NCBI RefSeq assembly: GCF_006345805.1
Contig: NC_043009.1
Location: forward strand, 43,028,001-43,092,000
DNA: 64,000 nt
Direction of reading: 5' to 3'
Origin: Octopus sinensis
Taxonomy: Eukaryota
In this document: positions 12,121 through 26,395 of the stretch, piece after piece
Position numbering within the stretch: the stretch's first letter is position 1
Layout of the letters: each line of letters opens with the position of its first letter
The notes under the pieces: generated by a model
The model's input: the letters and a program-made list of their open reading frames with translations, nothing else
Told to the model about the DNA's origin: nothing
Database searches by the model: none
Position numbers and translations under genes: made by a program

Positions 12121-12539
12121 ACTTATTTCTTTACTACCCACAAGGGGCTAAACACGGAGGGGACAAACAAGGACAGACAGACGGATTAAGTCGATTATAT
12201 CGACCCCAGTGCGTAACTGGTACTTAATTTATCGACCCCGAAAGGATGAAAGGCAAAGTCGACCTCGGCAGAAATTGAACTCACACCGTAACGGCAGACG
12301 AAATACCTATTTCTTTATTACCCACAAGGGGCTAAACATAGAGGGGACAAACAAGGACAGGCATAGGTATTAAGTCGATTACACCGACCCCGGTGTGTAA
12401 CTGGTAGTTAATTTATCGACCCCGAAAGGATGAAAGGTAAAGTCGACCTCGGCGGAATTTGAACTCAGGACGTAACGGCAGACGAAATACCGCTTGGCAT
12501 TTCGCCCGACGTGCTAACGATTCTGCCAGCTCGCCGCCT
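12121..12539 (-). mobile_element. Tandem dimer of a tRNA-derived SINE with the gaggtcgactttgcctttcatcctttcggggtcgataaa central domain (Meta-domain-like)
   Basis: Two head-to-tail copies (12121-12306 truncated; 12307-12539 with head aggcggcgagctggcagaa). Confidence 0.85.
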
Positions 12540-13904
12540 ACACACTGCTACTACTCCCAGTCACCTCTCATTGCACCCACAACTACCAACCAACCAGCCA
12601 GCCAGCCAGCCAACTAACCAACCAACCACAATCCAAATTTATTTAGTCTTTTAAAATCTGTCATCTTCGTTGGAATGCTAAGTGCTGACAATTTTCCGAC
12701 TTATCAATAAAGCTCTTTACCAATTAGGCTGTTAATTGTCCACCCTGCAAAAGTTGGACATATTCTCATGCTAGATAAAACACTCCTCGTACAGAAATGT
12801 GTTAAGAACCAACCATTTTCATCAGGACGAAAACGAAAGCGAAAAAGGAAACAACAACAACCAAAGACATAAAAAAAAGGTTAAAAAGGAGAGAAAAAAA
12901 AAAACCAAGGAAAAGAAGAGGAAGATTGGAAAGGAAAGAAAGGAAGATTTATTGATGGAGAATTTTGCTAGTTTTTGTGCCGTTTTTAATTTACGTTGGA
13001 ATAATTTCTGTCATGGATTGCACAAGCTTTTAAATTTTTCTCTCTGACAGCAGCTAATGTTTGGTGATTAGCAGAAGTCATGGCTAACATTTAGCAGACT
13101 ATCTAAACTTGTCTCAGAGATTTCATCATCAACAGATGATCTTGGCAAAAATTTGCTTTAAAGAATGCACAAATAAGTTCAGACAAAGGACTATTTCCTA
13201 TTCCTCAATATATATTTACACGTTGTTGCTATAGCTTTGTTGATTTTCCTTAGAATACCAAATCTAGTTCCAACCGTTCTCTATTGCTTTAAATTAATCA
13301 TCGTAATATCAAATATATTTAAAAAAATACCCCCCACCCCCCACCCCCACCCGACTGAGTGCCAAACGCTAAATAATGGTAAACACCGATCATTCTACAA
13401 AACATTTACACCTACTCAATCATGGAAGGTAAAAATAAATAACTTTTTTCGTTTTGCTGACAATGTATGTTTGAGAAAATACTTTGCCATCAACGGTTGG
13501 GTCGTATCTGCCATTATTCACAGCTTGATTAATATATATATATATATATATATATACATAAGCATGTATGTGTGTGTATATATATGTGTGTGTATGTACA
13601 TATTTATGCACATATATATATATATATATATACAGATATACACACATATATAAGTCCGTGCGGTGTGCGCGCGTGTATATATATATATGTATGTATGTAT
13701 GCATGTATGTATATGTAAACATAGATAATGCAGCTAGTGCCGTTCTACGTTTGTATATATGTTATATTCCAGCATTTTAATCTAAGTCAGTTTCAAGTGT
13801 GTATGTTATTCTGCGTGTGTGTGCATACATACTAAATATGCATATACTTATATATAACTATGTTTATATATGTGTGTGTCTTTGCCTTTATATATAAACA
13901 TGCC

Positions 13905-13943
<39 letters not shown>

Positions 13944-14488
13944 CTATAATAAATATATTCATGCGTATGGCTTATATATATTCTGTTATAAAAGTAAAAA
14001 TAAAAAACGAGAGAAGACATCATAGGAAGAACAAGTTTTAACAAAGGTCTATTAGTTTAATGCTTAAATGGAAGTTACAAGTTTAGACGTTTCGAGCACA
14101 AGTCCACCAACAAAAGAAAAATCTAGTATTGGAAGAGAATAATAGAGAAAGAACTTGCTTCCCAATCATGTGATCTCAAGTTTAGTCCCACAGTGTGGTA
14201 CTTTGGAGAAGTTTTTTTATTATAGCAACGGAATAATCAAAGCATTATGAATGGATTTGGTTCATGGAAACTGAAATAAGCCCATTGTGTTATGTATGTA
14301 TGAATATAATAACAAACATTGGAAGAATGGATTTAGCAGATCATTTTAATGCATCATTAACAATCGTTTCATCATAGGCAAATATAACCAATTTTTGTAA
14401 CTTTGTTGTCGACTATAATTGCTTTGTGTGGTAAGCATAGGGTTATATATCCCAGTTTCCCTGATATGTATGTGCATATATATATATA

Positions 14489-14826
14489 CCGTATTCGATA
14501 GTCTATAAGATGCACGAGTGCATAGAACGCACCCTAGCCTAGGCTATACTTTTATAAAATAAATTACCATTAAAATAATGTTTTAATTCCTCCACTTACC
14601 TGTATAACTTTATGCTATTACCGGTAATTGTAGGCAATTTATTGCATCCACATTTGATATAAACATACCGTAGGCGATTGTTCACCAATATATGGCAGCA
14701 CACATTTTGTAAACATACATACCGTTTTGAGCGAGTTTTGAGCTTACATTGAGTGCATTGGCCGCAAGGGATTTTAAAGACATTTTGGGGTTAAAAAAGG
14801 TGCGTATTATAGGCCAACAAACATGG
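14489..14826. mobile_element. pogo/Tc1-type MITE
   Basis: 27-bp imperfect TIRs (19/27, mostly transitions) starting CCGT/CCAT, with TA on both flanks. Confidence 0.65.
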
Positions 14827-14959
14827 TATATATATATATATATACATACATACATACATACATATATATATATCACCAACATCATCATCACCAGCATTTA
14901 ATCTCCATTGTCTATAGTTGTTATAACATAGTTATTATTATTGTTCATATAGACTTGTG

Positions 14960-15345
14960 TGAGAAGTTTTTTATATACATGGGTTGGATGGTCAGATCTG
15001 GGTTGGATAGAACTGCACCACACTCAAGTCTGATTTGGCATGGTTTCTCCGGCTTGATGCCCTTCCTAACACTAACCACTTTACAGAGTATACTAGGTGC
15101 TTCTACATGGTACTGCAAGGGTGCTCTTACATGTCGTCACATGGGTACTTTTATATGACAGTGTACGGCCGCTTTTACGTGGAACCTCCATGAGTGCTTT
15201 ACACCACCAGCAGGATCGGTCTTCACACTTCTGCCGTGGGTTACCGGTCTTCTTGAGTACGGCCAGGTCATCTTGGTACTTTGTCATCTCGCCTGAAAGG
15301 TTCAGCTGCCTGAGGTCGTTCTTCAGTACTTCATCCCATGTCTTC
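14960..15345 (-). mobile_element. RTE LINE 3' remnant
   Basis: [22 protein letters not shown] matches the end of the RTE ORF at about 42060-42130, followed by the family 3' tail. Confidence 0.8.
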
Positions 15346-15369
15346 TTGTGTGTGTGTATACATACATAC

Positions 15370-15443
<74 letters not shown>

Positions 15444-15564
15444 TGTATGTATGTATGTACGTATGTATGTATGAATATGTGTATATATAAGCTATGTGTA
15501 TCTTTGACTTGACATCATGTGATGCTTGTAAACGAACAGCACTATCATAGAAGCAATATTGTTA

Positions 15565-16105
15565 AGGCGGCGAGCTGGCAGAAACGTCAGCACGCCGGGC
15601 GAAATGCTTAGCGGCATTTTGTCTGCGGTTACGTTCTGAGTTCAAATTCCGCCGAGGTCGACTTCACCTTTCATCCTTTCGGGGTCGATAAATTAAGTAC
15701 CAGTTATGCACTGGGGTTGATGTAATCGACTTAATCCGTTTGTCCCCGCTATGTGGGCAATAAAGAAATAAGAAATGTTAGCATGCCGGCCGAAATGCTT
15801 ATCAGTATTTCGTCTGTCTTTATGGGGGCGATAAATTAAGTACCAGTTATGCACTGGGGTTGATGTAATCGACTTAATCCGTTTGTCCCCTCTATGTGGG
15901 CAATAAAGAAATAAGAAATGTTAGCATGCCGGCCGAAATGCTTATCAGTATTTCGTCTGTCTTTGTGTTCTGAGTTCAAATTCCACCGAGGTCGACTTTG
16001 CCTTTCATCCTTTTGGGGTCACTAAATTAATTACCAGTTGCGTACTGGCGTCGATTTAATCGTCTGCCTACCCCCGCAAAAAACATTTCGGGCCTTGTGC
16101 TTAGA
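15565..16105 (+). mobile_element. Cluster of Meta-domain-like SINE units with internal duplication
   Basis: Repeated gataaattaagtaccagttatgcactggggttgatgtaatcgac blocks. Confidence 0.8.
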
Positions 16106-17149
16106 GCAGAAAAGAATATTGTTCATTCTAATCTTCCACAAAAAATGTCTAGCCATGTGGAAATATTACCATGCATGGAAACGGTTGGTTTTGGCAACAG
16201 GAAGGGCATTTAACCATAGAAATTTTGCCTCAACAAATTCCGTCTGACCCATACAAGCATGAAAATGTGGACGTTAATCGATGGTGTTGAAAGAAAGGAA
16301 AAAAAAAACATAGAAATCCATTTTAGATTAAATAGAAATTAGATTTGATTCTGATTCTGGAAATATATATTAAAAAAGTTAAGACACATCTTTGATATGT
16401 TTTTCATTCTTTTTTTTTTGTTTGTTTGTTTGTTCATATATTTTTCTTTTCTTTTTGCTTTCGGTAACTCAATATGGAAAGATTTGAAATGACTTTAAGA
16501 GGAGGAGAAACTCATAATCGGTCATTGTTAGCCACCAAAATGAATGCTAATCCACTCAGTTTGATGTTAAAATACAATTTACTAATATATCAGGCAAGAA
16601 TTGTTATTGGCAATAATTTACAAATAACAATCAAGTATTTGTCTTTGTTTGCTGCTTTGCATTGTTATTTGGTCAACACTAGATTCTATTATTATTCTTT
16701 TTATTTTTATTTTACATTTCTATTTACTTTTTTCTATTTTTATTTTATTCATATTTATTTATATATTTGCGTGTGAAAACATTTCTATAGCTATAATGTT
16801 ACTCTGAATGTAAATGCATTCTCCTTCCATAGTTGTTATATCATAGTTATTATTATTGTTCATATAGACTAGTGTGAGAATTTTTTTTATATATACATAT
16901 ATACATCTCCCTCTCTCCTTCTCTCTCTCCCTCTCTTGCTCTCTCTCTGTCTCTCAACAAGATGGAACGTATAACACTCTATTCCAATTGTTACCACTAC
17001 TGAGCATGTTGTATTAAGTTATTGTTAACTTGGCCAAAATCAATAGAAAACTTAGAAAACAATCTATAGACTATATGTTCCACTTAATCAATACTCCATT
17101 TGAAATTATATCTACAATAACTTTATAAACCAATTGTTCTTTCTCTTTT

Positions 17150-17348
17150 TTTTTGTATGTGTGTGAGTATGTGTTTATGTGCTTTCTTCTCTTTCTTTTC
17201 ATTTGTATATATATATATATGTGTGTGTGCTGGTGTATATATATATACATATAGGTATGTATGTACATACAGATGTATATTTATATATATATATATTTAA
17301 ATATATACACATATATATATGCATATATATAAACATACATGTATATAC

Positions 17349-17402
<54 letters not shown>

Positions 17403-17417
17403 CACATATATATATAG

Positions 17418-17484
<67 letters not shown>

Positions 17485-17696
17485 CACATATATATATGCA
17501 TATATATAAACATACATGTATATACATTTATATATATATATATATATATAGATATATATATATATATATAATATATATATATATATATAATATATATAAT
17601 ATATATATATTATATATATATCTATATATATATATATAATATATATATATATATACCCATACATATATGCATATATACACACATACAGATATACAT

Positions 17697-17741
<45 letters not shown>

Positions 17742-17775
17742 ATATATATATATATATATAGATATATATATATAT
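17150..17775. repeat. (TA)n-rich compound microsatellite
   Basis: Direct inspection; one of many such tracts. Confidence 0.95.
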
Positions 17776-17956
17776 TGTTGATGTTGTTCACAGAGAAATA
17801 TAGTGTCTGTTTGCTTTTGTGTTCTGTAAAAAAAAAATAGAAAAAAGGGCTTTTATCCGGTTGAAAATAATGCCAGTTGTATAATCAATACAGCAGACAA
17901 TAGCTCTTTCTTGATTCTGCTTCAAAAAAAAGATAATAATAATAATAATAATAATA

Positions 17957-17998
<42 letters not shown>

Positions 17999-18689
17999 CA
18001 TAAAACGAAAAGAAAAAAACTGGGCAGTTTTCATTGGTTGTGGTATGCACATGTGGTATTCTCAGCAATAAAACTTAACAAACAGCTAAACAGGAAAAAA
18101 AAATAATACATAAAAAAAATAAACGTATTATTTCCATTAAAAATATATAAAAAAAAATAATGAAAACCAAATCAAAAGAATTGCTTTATAAAGTAGAAGT
18201 TCATGTGAAAAAGAAAAAATAAGAAAAATATAAATAAAGCTAAAACTAAGTCCAAGAAATATTCTCAAATTTGGTAGGAAGAAATTTGTTTTTCCATCAA
18301 AGAAAATGTCTTTTTCTCTGTTTGCTTTTTTTGTGGGGTTTTGTATATGACAAAATTGTTGCTATTTAAGCCTTGACACTGTATCTATTTTATTTTTATC
18401 TATAAATAAAATTAAATATTTACTGTTTTATTTTAAAATATTTGTCTGTTTTGTAGGTTTGAAGTCATTTTGATGTAATTTTCTTAATAACAAAACAAAA
18501 AAAGGAAAGAAATTACTAAAAAATTTTTCTAAAGTTTGGTACAAGGCTGAGCTTATGTCAATTAAGTTAACCCCCAGTATTTGAGTGGTATTTATTTTAT
18601 TAACTCCAGTGGACTGAAAGGCATAGTTAATCCCAGTATGGAATTTGAATCCAAAGGAGTGCCAATCACTTAAAGTGAAAGGAAGTCCC

Positions 18690-19130
18690 CCCACTTTAGA
18701 AAGAGGGAGACCTCGGAAGACATAAGGACAAAGTAATGAATGCCGATCTCAAGAAACTGAGCCTCATAACACAGATGACCAAGGACAGACATCTGATGCA
18801 TTGCTATACTCAACTAGACTCACCTACCACAACAGAATTGAGATCCTAAAACCAAAGTGTCACATTAAAAGCATTGGTGTGGGTGCTGGTGCCACATAAA
18901 AAGCACTAGTGATGGTGGCATCCAAAAAAGCATCCACTGCATTCTGTGAAGTGGTTGGCTTTAGGAAGAGCATCAAGCTGTAAAGACCAAGCCAAAGCAG
19001 ACTATGGAACTTGGTGCTGCTTCTGGCCTTGCCAGTTCTTGTCAAGCCATCCAACCCCATGCCAGCATGGAAAACAGATGTTAAATGATGAGGATGGTGA
19101 TGATGATGATGATGAGGAGGAGGTTGATGA
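18690..19130 (+). mobile_element. Old RTE 3' remnant (ORF end plus tail, (GAT)n)
   Basis: RGRPRKT-like codons at about 18700, then the gtggttggc...ttaggaag...cccatgccagcatgg tail. Confidence 0.65.
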
Positions 19131-19543
19131 TGATGAGAATGATGAATGTAATGAGTTCAGCATATTGAAATCATTAACAATTCTATCTAATATAATCACA
19201 ATGCCTGAAATTTTAGGATAAGGGGCTAGTCGATAACATCAACCCCAGTGCTTGACTGATGTTTATTTCATTGAAGCAGTAGGGATAAAAAGCAAAGGTG
19301 ACCTCGGCAGAATTTGGACTCAGAATATGAAGCTGGAAGAAATGCCACTAAGCATGTTGCCTGATTCATTAATGATTCTGCTAGCTTTCTACCTTTGAGG
19401 GTTTCAGATTTTGGCACATGGATAGCAGCTTTAGGGAAGGGGTAAAGTCAATTACTTTGACCCCAATGTTCAACTGGTACTTCGTTTATCGAGGATGAAA
19501 CGTAAAGTTGACCTCACTAGAATTTGAACACCTTAATAATAAA

Positions 19544-19578
<35 letters not shown>

Positions 19579-20536
19579 GCAACAACAATAATAATAATAA
19601 TAATAATAGTGGTCAACAGTTTCAAGGGAGGAGTTAAGTTGAAGTCATTAACCCTAGTCTTTGACTGGTATTTCATTTTACCAGACCTTGGATGGATGAA
19701 TGATAAAGTTAAACCCAACAGGTCAGACAGATTTTCTATGACTTGATGCTTTTCCTGCCACCAACCCTTACCTATTTTCAAGTAAAATAATATCTCCTCA
19801 TTGCCAGACATGTTTTGCAAAAAGAAAATTTCAGAAACAAAGAACACTTCTTTACAGCCATCATATGATCTCAAGATAAGAACACACATATACATGCTTA
19901 CACACAAATACATATATATATACATATATATATACGTATACATTAACTGATAGCGATCTGAGCCATGTTCGCTCAATAAAAATAGATGATTGTTTAGAAC
20001 GATAACCAACAAAAGATACAGTCTGCAAAACAACGCCAACTAACATAGACTTTTGAAAATAAACAAATGTGAAACCAGTTATGTGTATGTGCAGGTAGTG
20101 CATGCATGTGTATGTGTGCATCTGTGTGGTATATATACAATGAAATTTTAATGAATTTTCGTATATTCTCTGTGTATTTTCAACTTCATTTGTTCTTCTG
20201 TATTACTACTTGTTTGGATTTATAATGATTTACATATATATATACACAAACATATATACATATATATATGTGTGTGTGTGTAAATGTAAAACAGTTATTA
20301 TGAGTGTCCAATGCTGCATTGGTGGATGAAATTTCTTGATTTGTGTATTGAGGCTACCATTGGTTTCATGTTAAGAAAATATCTTGATATCTTAACAATT
20401 TTTCAAGGCCGATCCCATGGAGGAATGGTGTTTGTCTCCATTTTGGATAAAAACACCAAACATACATACATACATGCATACATATATATATTATATATAT
20501 ATATATACACATACACTTACACACACATATATATAT

Positions 20537-20569
<33 letters not shown>

Positions 20570-20577
20570 ATATATAT

Positions 20578-20620
<43 letters not shown>

Positions 20621-20697
20621 CTTTATATATTGTTTGTAAAAAACATAAATCCAAAAGGAGAAGCATTCTCTAAGATGTAGCACAGTATATATAAAAA

Positions 20698-20904
20698 ATG
20701 GGGAAGGCCAGCTTATAGGATTACCTCAGGTTTCCCATCCATAAAGGGTTTAGCTTTATGGCATATTATCAGATCATAAAAATCTGTTGGCACAAGAGGC
20801 CTTAAAAATATTTTAAAGCAGTTTTGGGATCTGATGATATGCCATAAAGCTATTCTTTATGGACAGGAAACCTAAGGTAATCCCATAAAACCGGCCTTCC
20901 CCAT
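20698..20904. repeat. Fold-back element, ~78-bp inverted arms, each a hammerhead copy
   Basis: Arms 20698-20775 and 20828-20904 are imperfect reverse complements. Confidence 0.85.
20825..20885 (+). ncRNA. Type-I hammerhead ribozyme motif
   Basis: TGGGAT-CTGATGA-tatg CCATAAAG ctatt CTTTATGG acag-GAAA-CC taa GG-TA-ATCCCA: 6-bp stem I, 8-bp stem II with an imperfect base, 3-bp stem III, GUA triplet. Confidence 0.72.
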
Positions 20905-21856
20905 GTTATATATATATATATATCATCATCATCATCATCATTGTTTAACGTCCGCTTTCCATGCTAGCATGGGTTGGATGGTTCAACTGGGGTCTGGGAA
21001 GCCAGAAGGCTGCACCAGGCCCAGTCTGATCTGGTAGTGTTTCTACAACTGGATGGCCTTCCTAACGCCATAACCCTTCCTATGTATGTATGTATGTGTG
21101 TATGTATGTATGCATGTAAGTATGTATGTATTATGGATTTCTTTCAGTTTCTGCCAATCAAATTCACTCACGAGTCTTTGGCTAGCCAGGACTCTTGTAG
21201 AAGACACATGCAAAAATGTGCTGCAGAGTATGGTTGAACCCTAAACCACGTAACTGAAGAAGCAAGCATCTTAACCATGCTGCCATATCTGAACCTAGCT
21301 TTGCCTGCACCTTGTGCATTATCAGGAAATATTGCAGCTGCTGCAGAGTTCTACTAAAAGAAATAAAACCAGCTAAGTACACCGCTCCCATAGTTTACCG
21401 CTTCCTATAGTGCATTGTTTCCATACTACAATAGTTAAATAGAATGATGCTTACATAGTATAATGCTCCTATAGTACAATGCTCTCACAGTTTAATGCTT
21501 GCATAATGTAATAATAGTTCTCTATTGCGGTGTTTGTACAATGCAACGCTAACAAAGTGCAATGCTGGCATAATATAATGTTTACTTACTATACAATGAT
21601 GCGTCTCAAATAATTCCTGGGTTTGCAAGTTATTTTCAAGGAAGGGAATCGAGACACATTTATTTACAAGGATCAATAGCAGCGTGGATTCAAATAAGAT
21701 GATAGGAGTGATAACCAATGAAGGATCAGATCTCAATGCAACGGAAATCAAGTCAACTCTAAAGACAAGAGCAGCTCTATTATCAGTATTGTTGTTGCTG
21801 TTGTTGGTGTAGTTGGTGTTGTTATTGTTGTTATTGTTCTTCTTCTTCTTCTTCTT

Positions 21857-21916
<60 letters not shown>

Positions 21917-22499
21917 GTTATCATCATCATCATCATCATCATCATTATTATTAAGGTGGTAAGTTTGCAGAGTCATTAGCACCCTGGGCATAATGCTTAG
22001 CAGTATTTCATCCACCTTTACGTTCTGAGTTCAAATTCCACAAACGTCGACTTCGTCTTTCATCATTTTGAGCTCAATAAGTTAAGTACCAGTGAATCAC
22101 TGGGGTTTGATGTAATTGGCTAGCCCCTTCCCCCAAATTTCAGGCCTTGTGCCAAAATTTGAAACCATTATTGTTGTTGTTGTTGTTGTTGTTGTTCTTC
22201 TTCTTCTTCTTCTTCTTTTCTTCTTCTTCTTCTTCTTCTTCTTCTTCTTCTTTCTTCTAATGACTGAAACAAGTAAAAAGATTGAAAAAAAATAAAAGTT
22301 ATGCATACACACAAATGAAAAAATATACACATATATACATACAATGCATACATGTACATATGCATTCATACACACATACTCGCACATATACATGCAAGCA
22401 TGCATACATACATAAATACATAGACATGCATATACACCACACACGCGTATAAAGGTACATAGGTCCATGCATATGTATATGACGATTGCTTCATTTTGA

Positions 22500-22920
22500 C
22501 AAACGATAGCCGTCTCAATCAATATACATCACAACGATAATCTCCATTATATCTGTGTGCTCTGAGATGACTCTTAAGACTAGCAGTTGACCTGTGAAGC
22601 CTCAAACACATATGACATATAAGATTAAGTCTGCACACCTCGCCACACTTCTGTCTCCACAGGACTCTTAAAAGAGATGCAAGATGAACCAGATGAAATG
22701 ACACATCTGCGTGTCATTGGATTAAGACAACATATGCTCGAACAGCACAGCACAGCACATACCCCACTTTCTAGGTATCAGTTACTGGAATTTAATGACA
22801 AACATTGCAAGATAACTGGCAACTACATCGAGTGTAGGTTTGATTTCAGAGTGACATCTCTTAGACTTCTCTCACAAGAGGGTGCCTATAATTCTGCAGG
22901 AAAAATATACTATGCGCAGA
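22500..22920 (-). mobile_element. Degraded RTE-type LINE C-terminus with terminal C2H2 finger
   Basis: CHMCLRLHRSTASLKSHLRAH (C-x2-C-x12-H-x3-H), preceded in another frame by DVTLKSNLHSM*LPV; multiple stops. Confidence 0.5.
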
Positions 22921-23054
22921 AAATATTATATGAGTATTCTACCAACATATGTATGTATGTATGTATGTATGGATGGATGGATGGATGGATGATGCATGCA
23001 TGCATGTATGTAGGCATGTATGTATACATGTAAGTATATCTATCTATTTATATG

Positions 23055-23490
<436 letters not shown>

Positions 23491-23972
23491 CCACGCATGT
23501 ATAAATATGCGTATATGTGTATGGGTGTGTGTGTGTGTGTGCATGTATGTTTCCACCTACCTGCCTCCATATCTACAAACATGCATGCTTGCATACATGC
23601 ATACATGCATGCATACATACATACTTAATAACATTGATCATGAAAGCAGTCTATCATGGACCAATAGCCAGATTACTACCTCCCACTTTGAAGGGCATGC
23701 ATTTTCAATTCAAGAATGGGAAATATCAACCAAATACGTGATGCTCAAAAGGGAGATGCAGGAAAAGCATCTCTGTGGAGTTAACACCAAAGGTATCATC
23801 CACATCATAAGCAGTTGTCCAAAACTGTCATCAGGATATTATCTACCGATGTGACATGTTGTTGTAGCTAGGACACTCTATAATGAAAGAAATAAGAACC
23901 CACAGTATGGTAGAAGCCACAGCCACTCATAATAAAAAGGAGTACTGGTGGAATGTCCCAGTGAAGGACTCA

Positions 23973-24091
23973 CCTCTGTGAGGCCCACTCAAAAGGAATT
24001 CAGCTACCTCGCCTCTATGAGGCCCGCTTGGAAGGCACTCAGCCACCTTTCCTCCATGAGGCCCACTCGAAAGGAACCCAGCCACCTTGCC
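23973..24091. repeat. 39-bp minisatellite, 3 copies
   Basis: Units start at 23973, 24012 and 24051 (cctctatgaggcccactcgaaaggaa...). Confidence 0.85.
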
Positions 24092-24594
24092 AAGTCAAGT
24101 CTTGATATTGTGAAATATATAAAACAGTCATGACTGGACGCATACTCAGAGTTTAGAATGACACAAGTCTGAAATTTTACCTGCTGGTGATTTCAGAACA
24201 TGAATATTAATTAAATGTTAAATGAACATAAGAACTCTTTAATTGCCTTCTCAAAAGGAGAAGAAACTAAACTGATTGTTCACTAACAAATATTTAAAAG
24301 GTATTTGAATTCATTGCTTTGTATCAATTGCAGTTTGCAAAGTGTTTCAACACACAATGAAACAATCTCCATATTTTTCTCAGAATAATCCAATCATAAA
24401 GCCATGTACAAACAGAGACCAATTATGGAACACAAATCAAACAGCAATGTTGCTACTAGCAACTGATGGTTTTTAACAAACCAAATACCCAACCAAAGTT
24501 GAATTGATCTGTATGTTCCCCTTCTGTTGAAAGCAGAAAGAACAGACTGATTGATTTTGCTTTGGGCATTTTGCCAGCACGGATAACAAATGTA

Positions 24595-24615
24595 AAATGG
24601 ATATCATCATCATCA

Positions 24616-24646
<31 letters not shown>

Positions 24647-24666
24647 TATTATTATTATCATTATCA

Positions 24667-24718
<52 letters not shown>

Positions 24719-25212
24719 CATTATTATTATTATTATTATTATCATTATTATTATTATTATCATCATCATCATCAAAGCAGTGAGCTGGCAGAATCATTAG
24801 CATGCCAGGCAAAACTCTTAGTGACATTTTGTCTGTCATTACATTCAGAGTTCAAATTCTGCCAAGGTCGACTTTGCCTTTCAAACTTTCAAAATCGGTA
24901 AAATAAGTACCAGTGAAACATTAGGGTCAATGTAATCAAAAAATCCCCTACCCCCAAATTTCGGGCCTTGTGCATATAGTGGAAAGAATTATTATTATTA
25001 TTATTAAAGCAGTGAGTTCACAGAATTCATTAGCCCCATTTCGTCTGTCTTTACATACTGAGTTCAAATTCACTCATGGTCAAGTTTACTTTTCATCTTT
25101 TCAGGGTCGATAAATTAAGTACCAGTTGCATACTGGGGTTGATCTAATCAACTGGCCCCCTCCCTCAAAATTTCAGTCTTTGTGCCCATAATAGAAAGGA
25201 TCATCATCATCA

Positions 25213-25271
<59 letters not shown>

Positions 25272-25658
25272 GTTATTATTACCATTATTATCATCATTAT
25301 TAAGGCAGTGAGCTGGTAGAATCATTAGCATGCTGGGTGAAATGCTTACTGGCATTTCATCAGTCTACAAGTTCTGAGTTCAAATTCCACTGAGGTCAAC
25401 TTTGCCTTTCATCCTTTTAGGGTCAATTTCAGTCAAAAACTGAGGAGGTCAATGCAATCGACTTAACTCCCCACCCAAAATTACTGGTCTTGTGCCAAAT
25501 TTTGAAACCATTATTATTATTGTTGTTGTTGTTATCATTATTATTATTATTACTATTATTATTATCCGTCTTTACATTCTGAGTACAAATTCCATCGAGG
25601 TTGACTTTACCTTTCATTCTTTCTAGGTCGATAAATTAAGTACTGGTTGTGTACTGGG
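24595..25658. mobile_element. Several Meta-domain-like SINE copies alternating with (ATT)n tracts
   Basis: Copies at about 24775, 25007 and 25300 (+), 25420-25510 (-) and 25565 (+). Confidence 0.75.
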
Positions 25659-26265
25659 GTTAAGTTAAGTTGAGTTAAGTTAAGTTAATTTTTTGGCTCA
25701 AAAAGCAAAAAACCAAGGCCATGTAGGGGGACATGGAGTTATGTACAGGGAAGGTGTTCATGCAGAGTTCAGGCCATTTCTGGTCAAGAGAGACTTTGAA
25801 CCGAGCGGTCGTCGGCATCTTCACTATCTCGTCCGGCAGCTTATTCCTCGGATCTGCAACCCAGACGGAGAAAGCCCCTCTTCTTCGATTCAGATGAAAT
25901 CGTCGCAGATAGAGCTTTTCGGAGTGACCCCGCAGCCGACGCTCTGGAGCAGGAGTGAAGAACATCTCTTTCGAGAGATTACACTTTCCGCTTATGATGT
26001 TGTGAGCAAGAATGAGATCACCACGGCGTCATCGTTTTTCTAGAGAATAAAGGTCGAGCGTCTTCAGCCTTTCTTCATAAGACAAATGCTTGAGACCAAG
26101 AACCATGTGGGTAGCCAGCTTCTGGAGTCTTTCGAGATGATGTATGTCTTTGAGGAGATAAGGAGAAGAGGCTTGAATTCCGTACTCCAATATGGGTCTC
26201 ACCAGCGTGGCATAGAGCGGTAGGAATATGGCTGCTGTGAGCATTCCGAATGACCGTCAAATCAA
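25659..26265 (-). mobile_element. CR1-type LINE 3' fragment with (TTAAC)n tail, inserted into a SINE
   Basis: LYATLVRPILEYG...LERLQKLAT...SYEERLKTLDLYSLEKR, RRRGDLI and RGHSEKL...AFSVWVADPRNKLP motifs. The SINE resumes at about 26290. Confidence 0.9.
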
Positions 26266-26395
26266 ACAGAACTCCACATGCTTTGTTGGCAGCTGATATA
26301 ATTGACTATACTCTCCCCGAAATTTCAGGCCTTGTGCCTATAGTAGAAAGGATTATCATTGTTATTATTATTATTATTATTTTGTGAAGTTGCAT

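Noticed and set aside
12725-12871. Short + frame ending GRKRKRKRKQQQPKT*
   Set aside because: About 50 codons, derived from A-rich low-complexity sequence; no recognisable homology.
14085-14112. GCTCGAAACGTC (minus), like a hammerhead 3' half
   Set aside because: The CUGANGA core is not recognisable.
22519-22704. Host C2H2 zinc-finger gene
   Set aside because: Single finger, no TGEKP linker, stops on both sides, and RTE-like sequence upstream.
25659-25688. (TTAAC)n as an interstitial telomere
   Set aside because: Molluscan telomeres are TTAGGG; this tract sits exactly at the CR1 3' end and is its tail.
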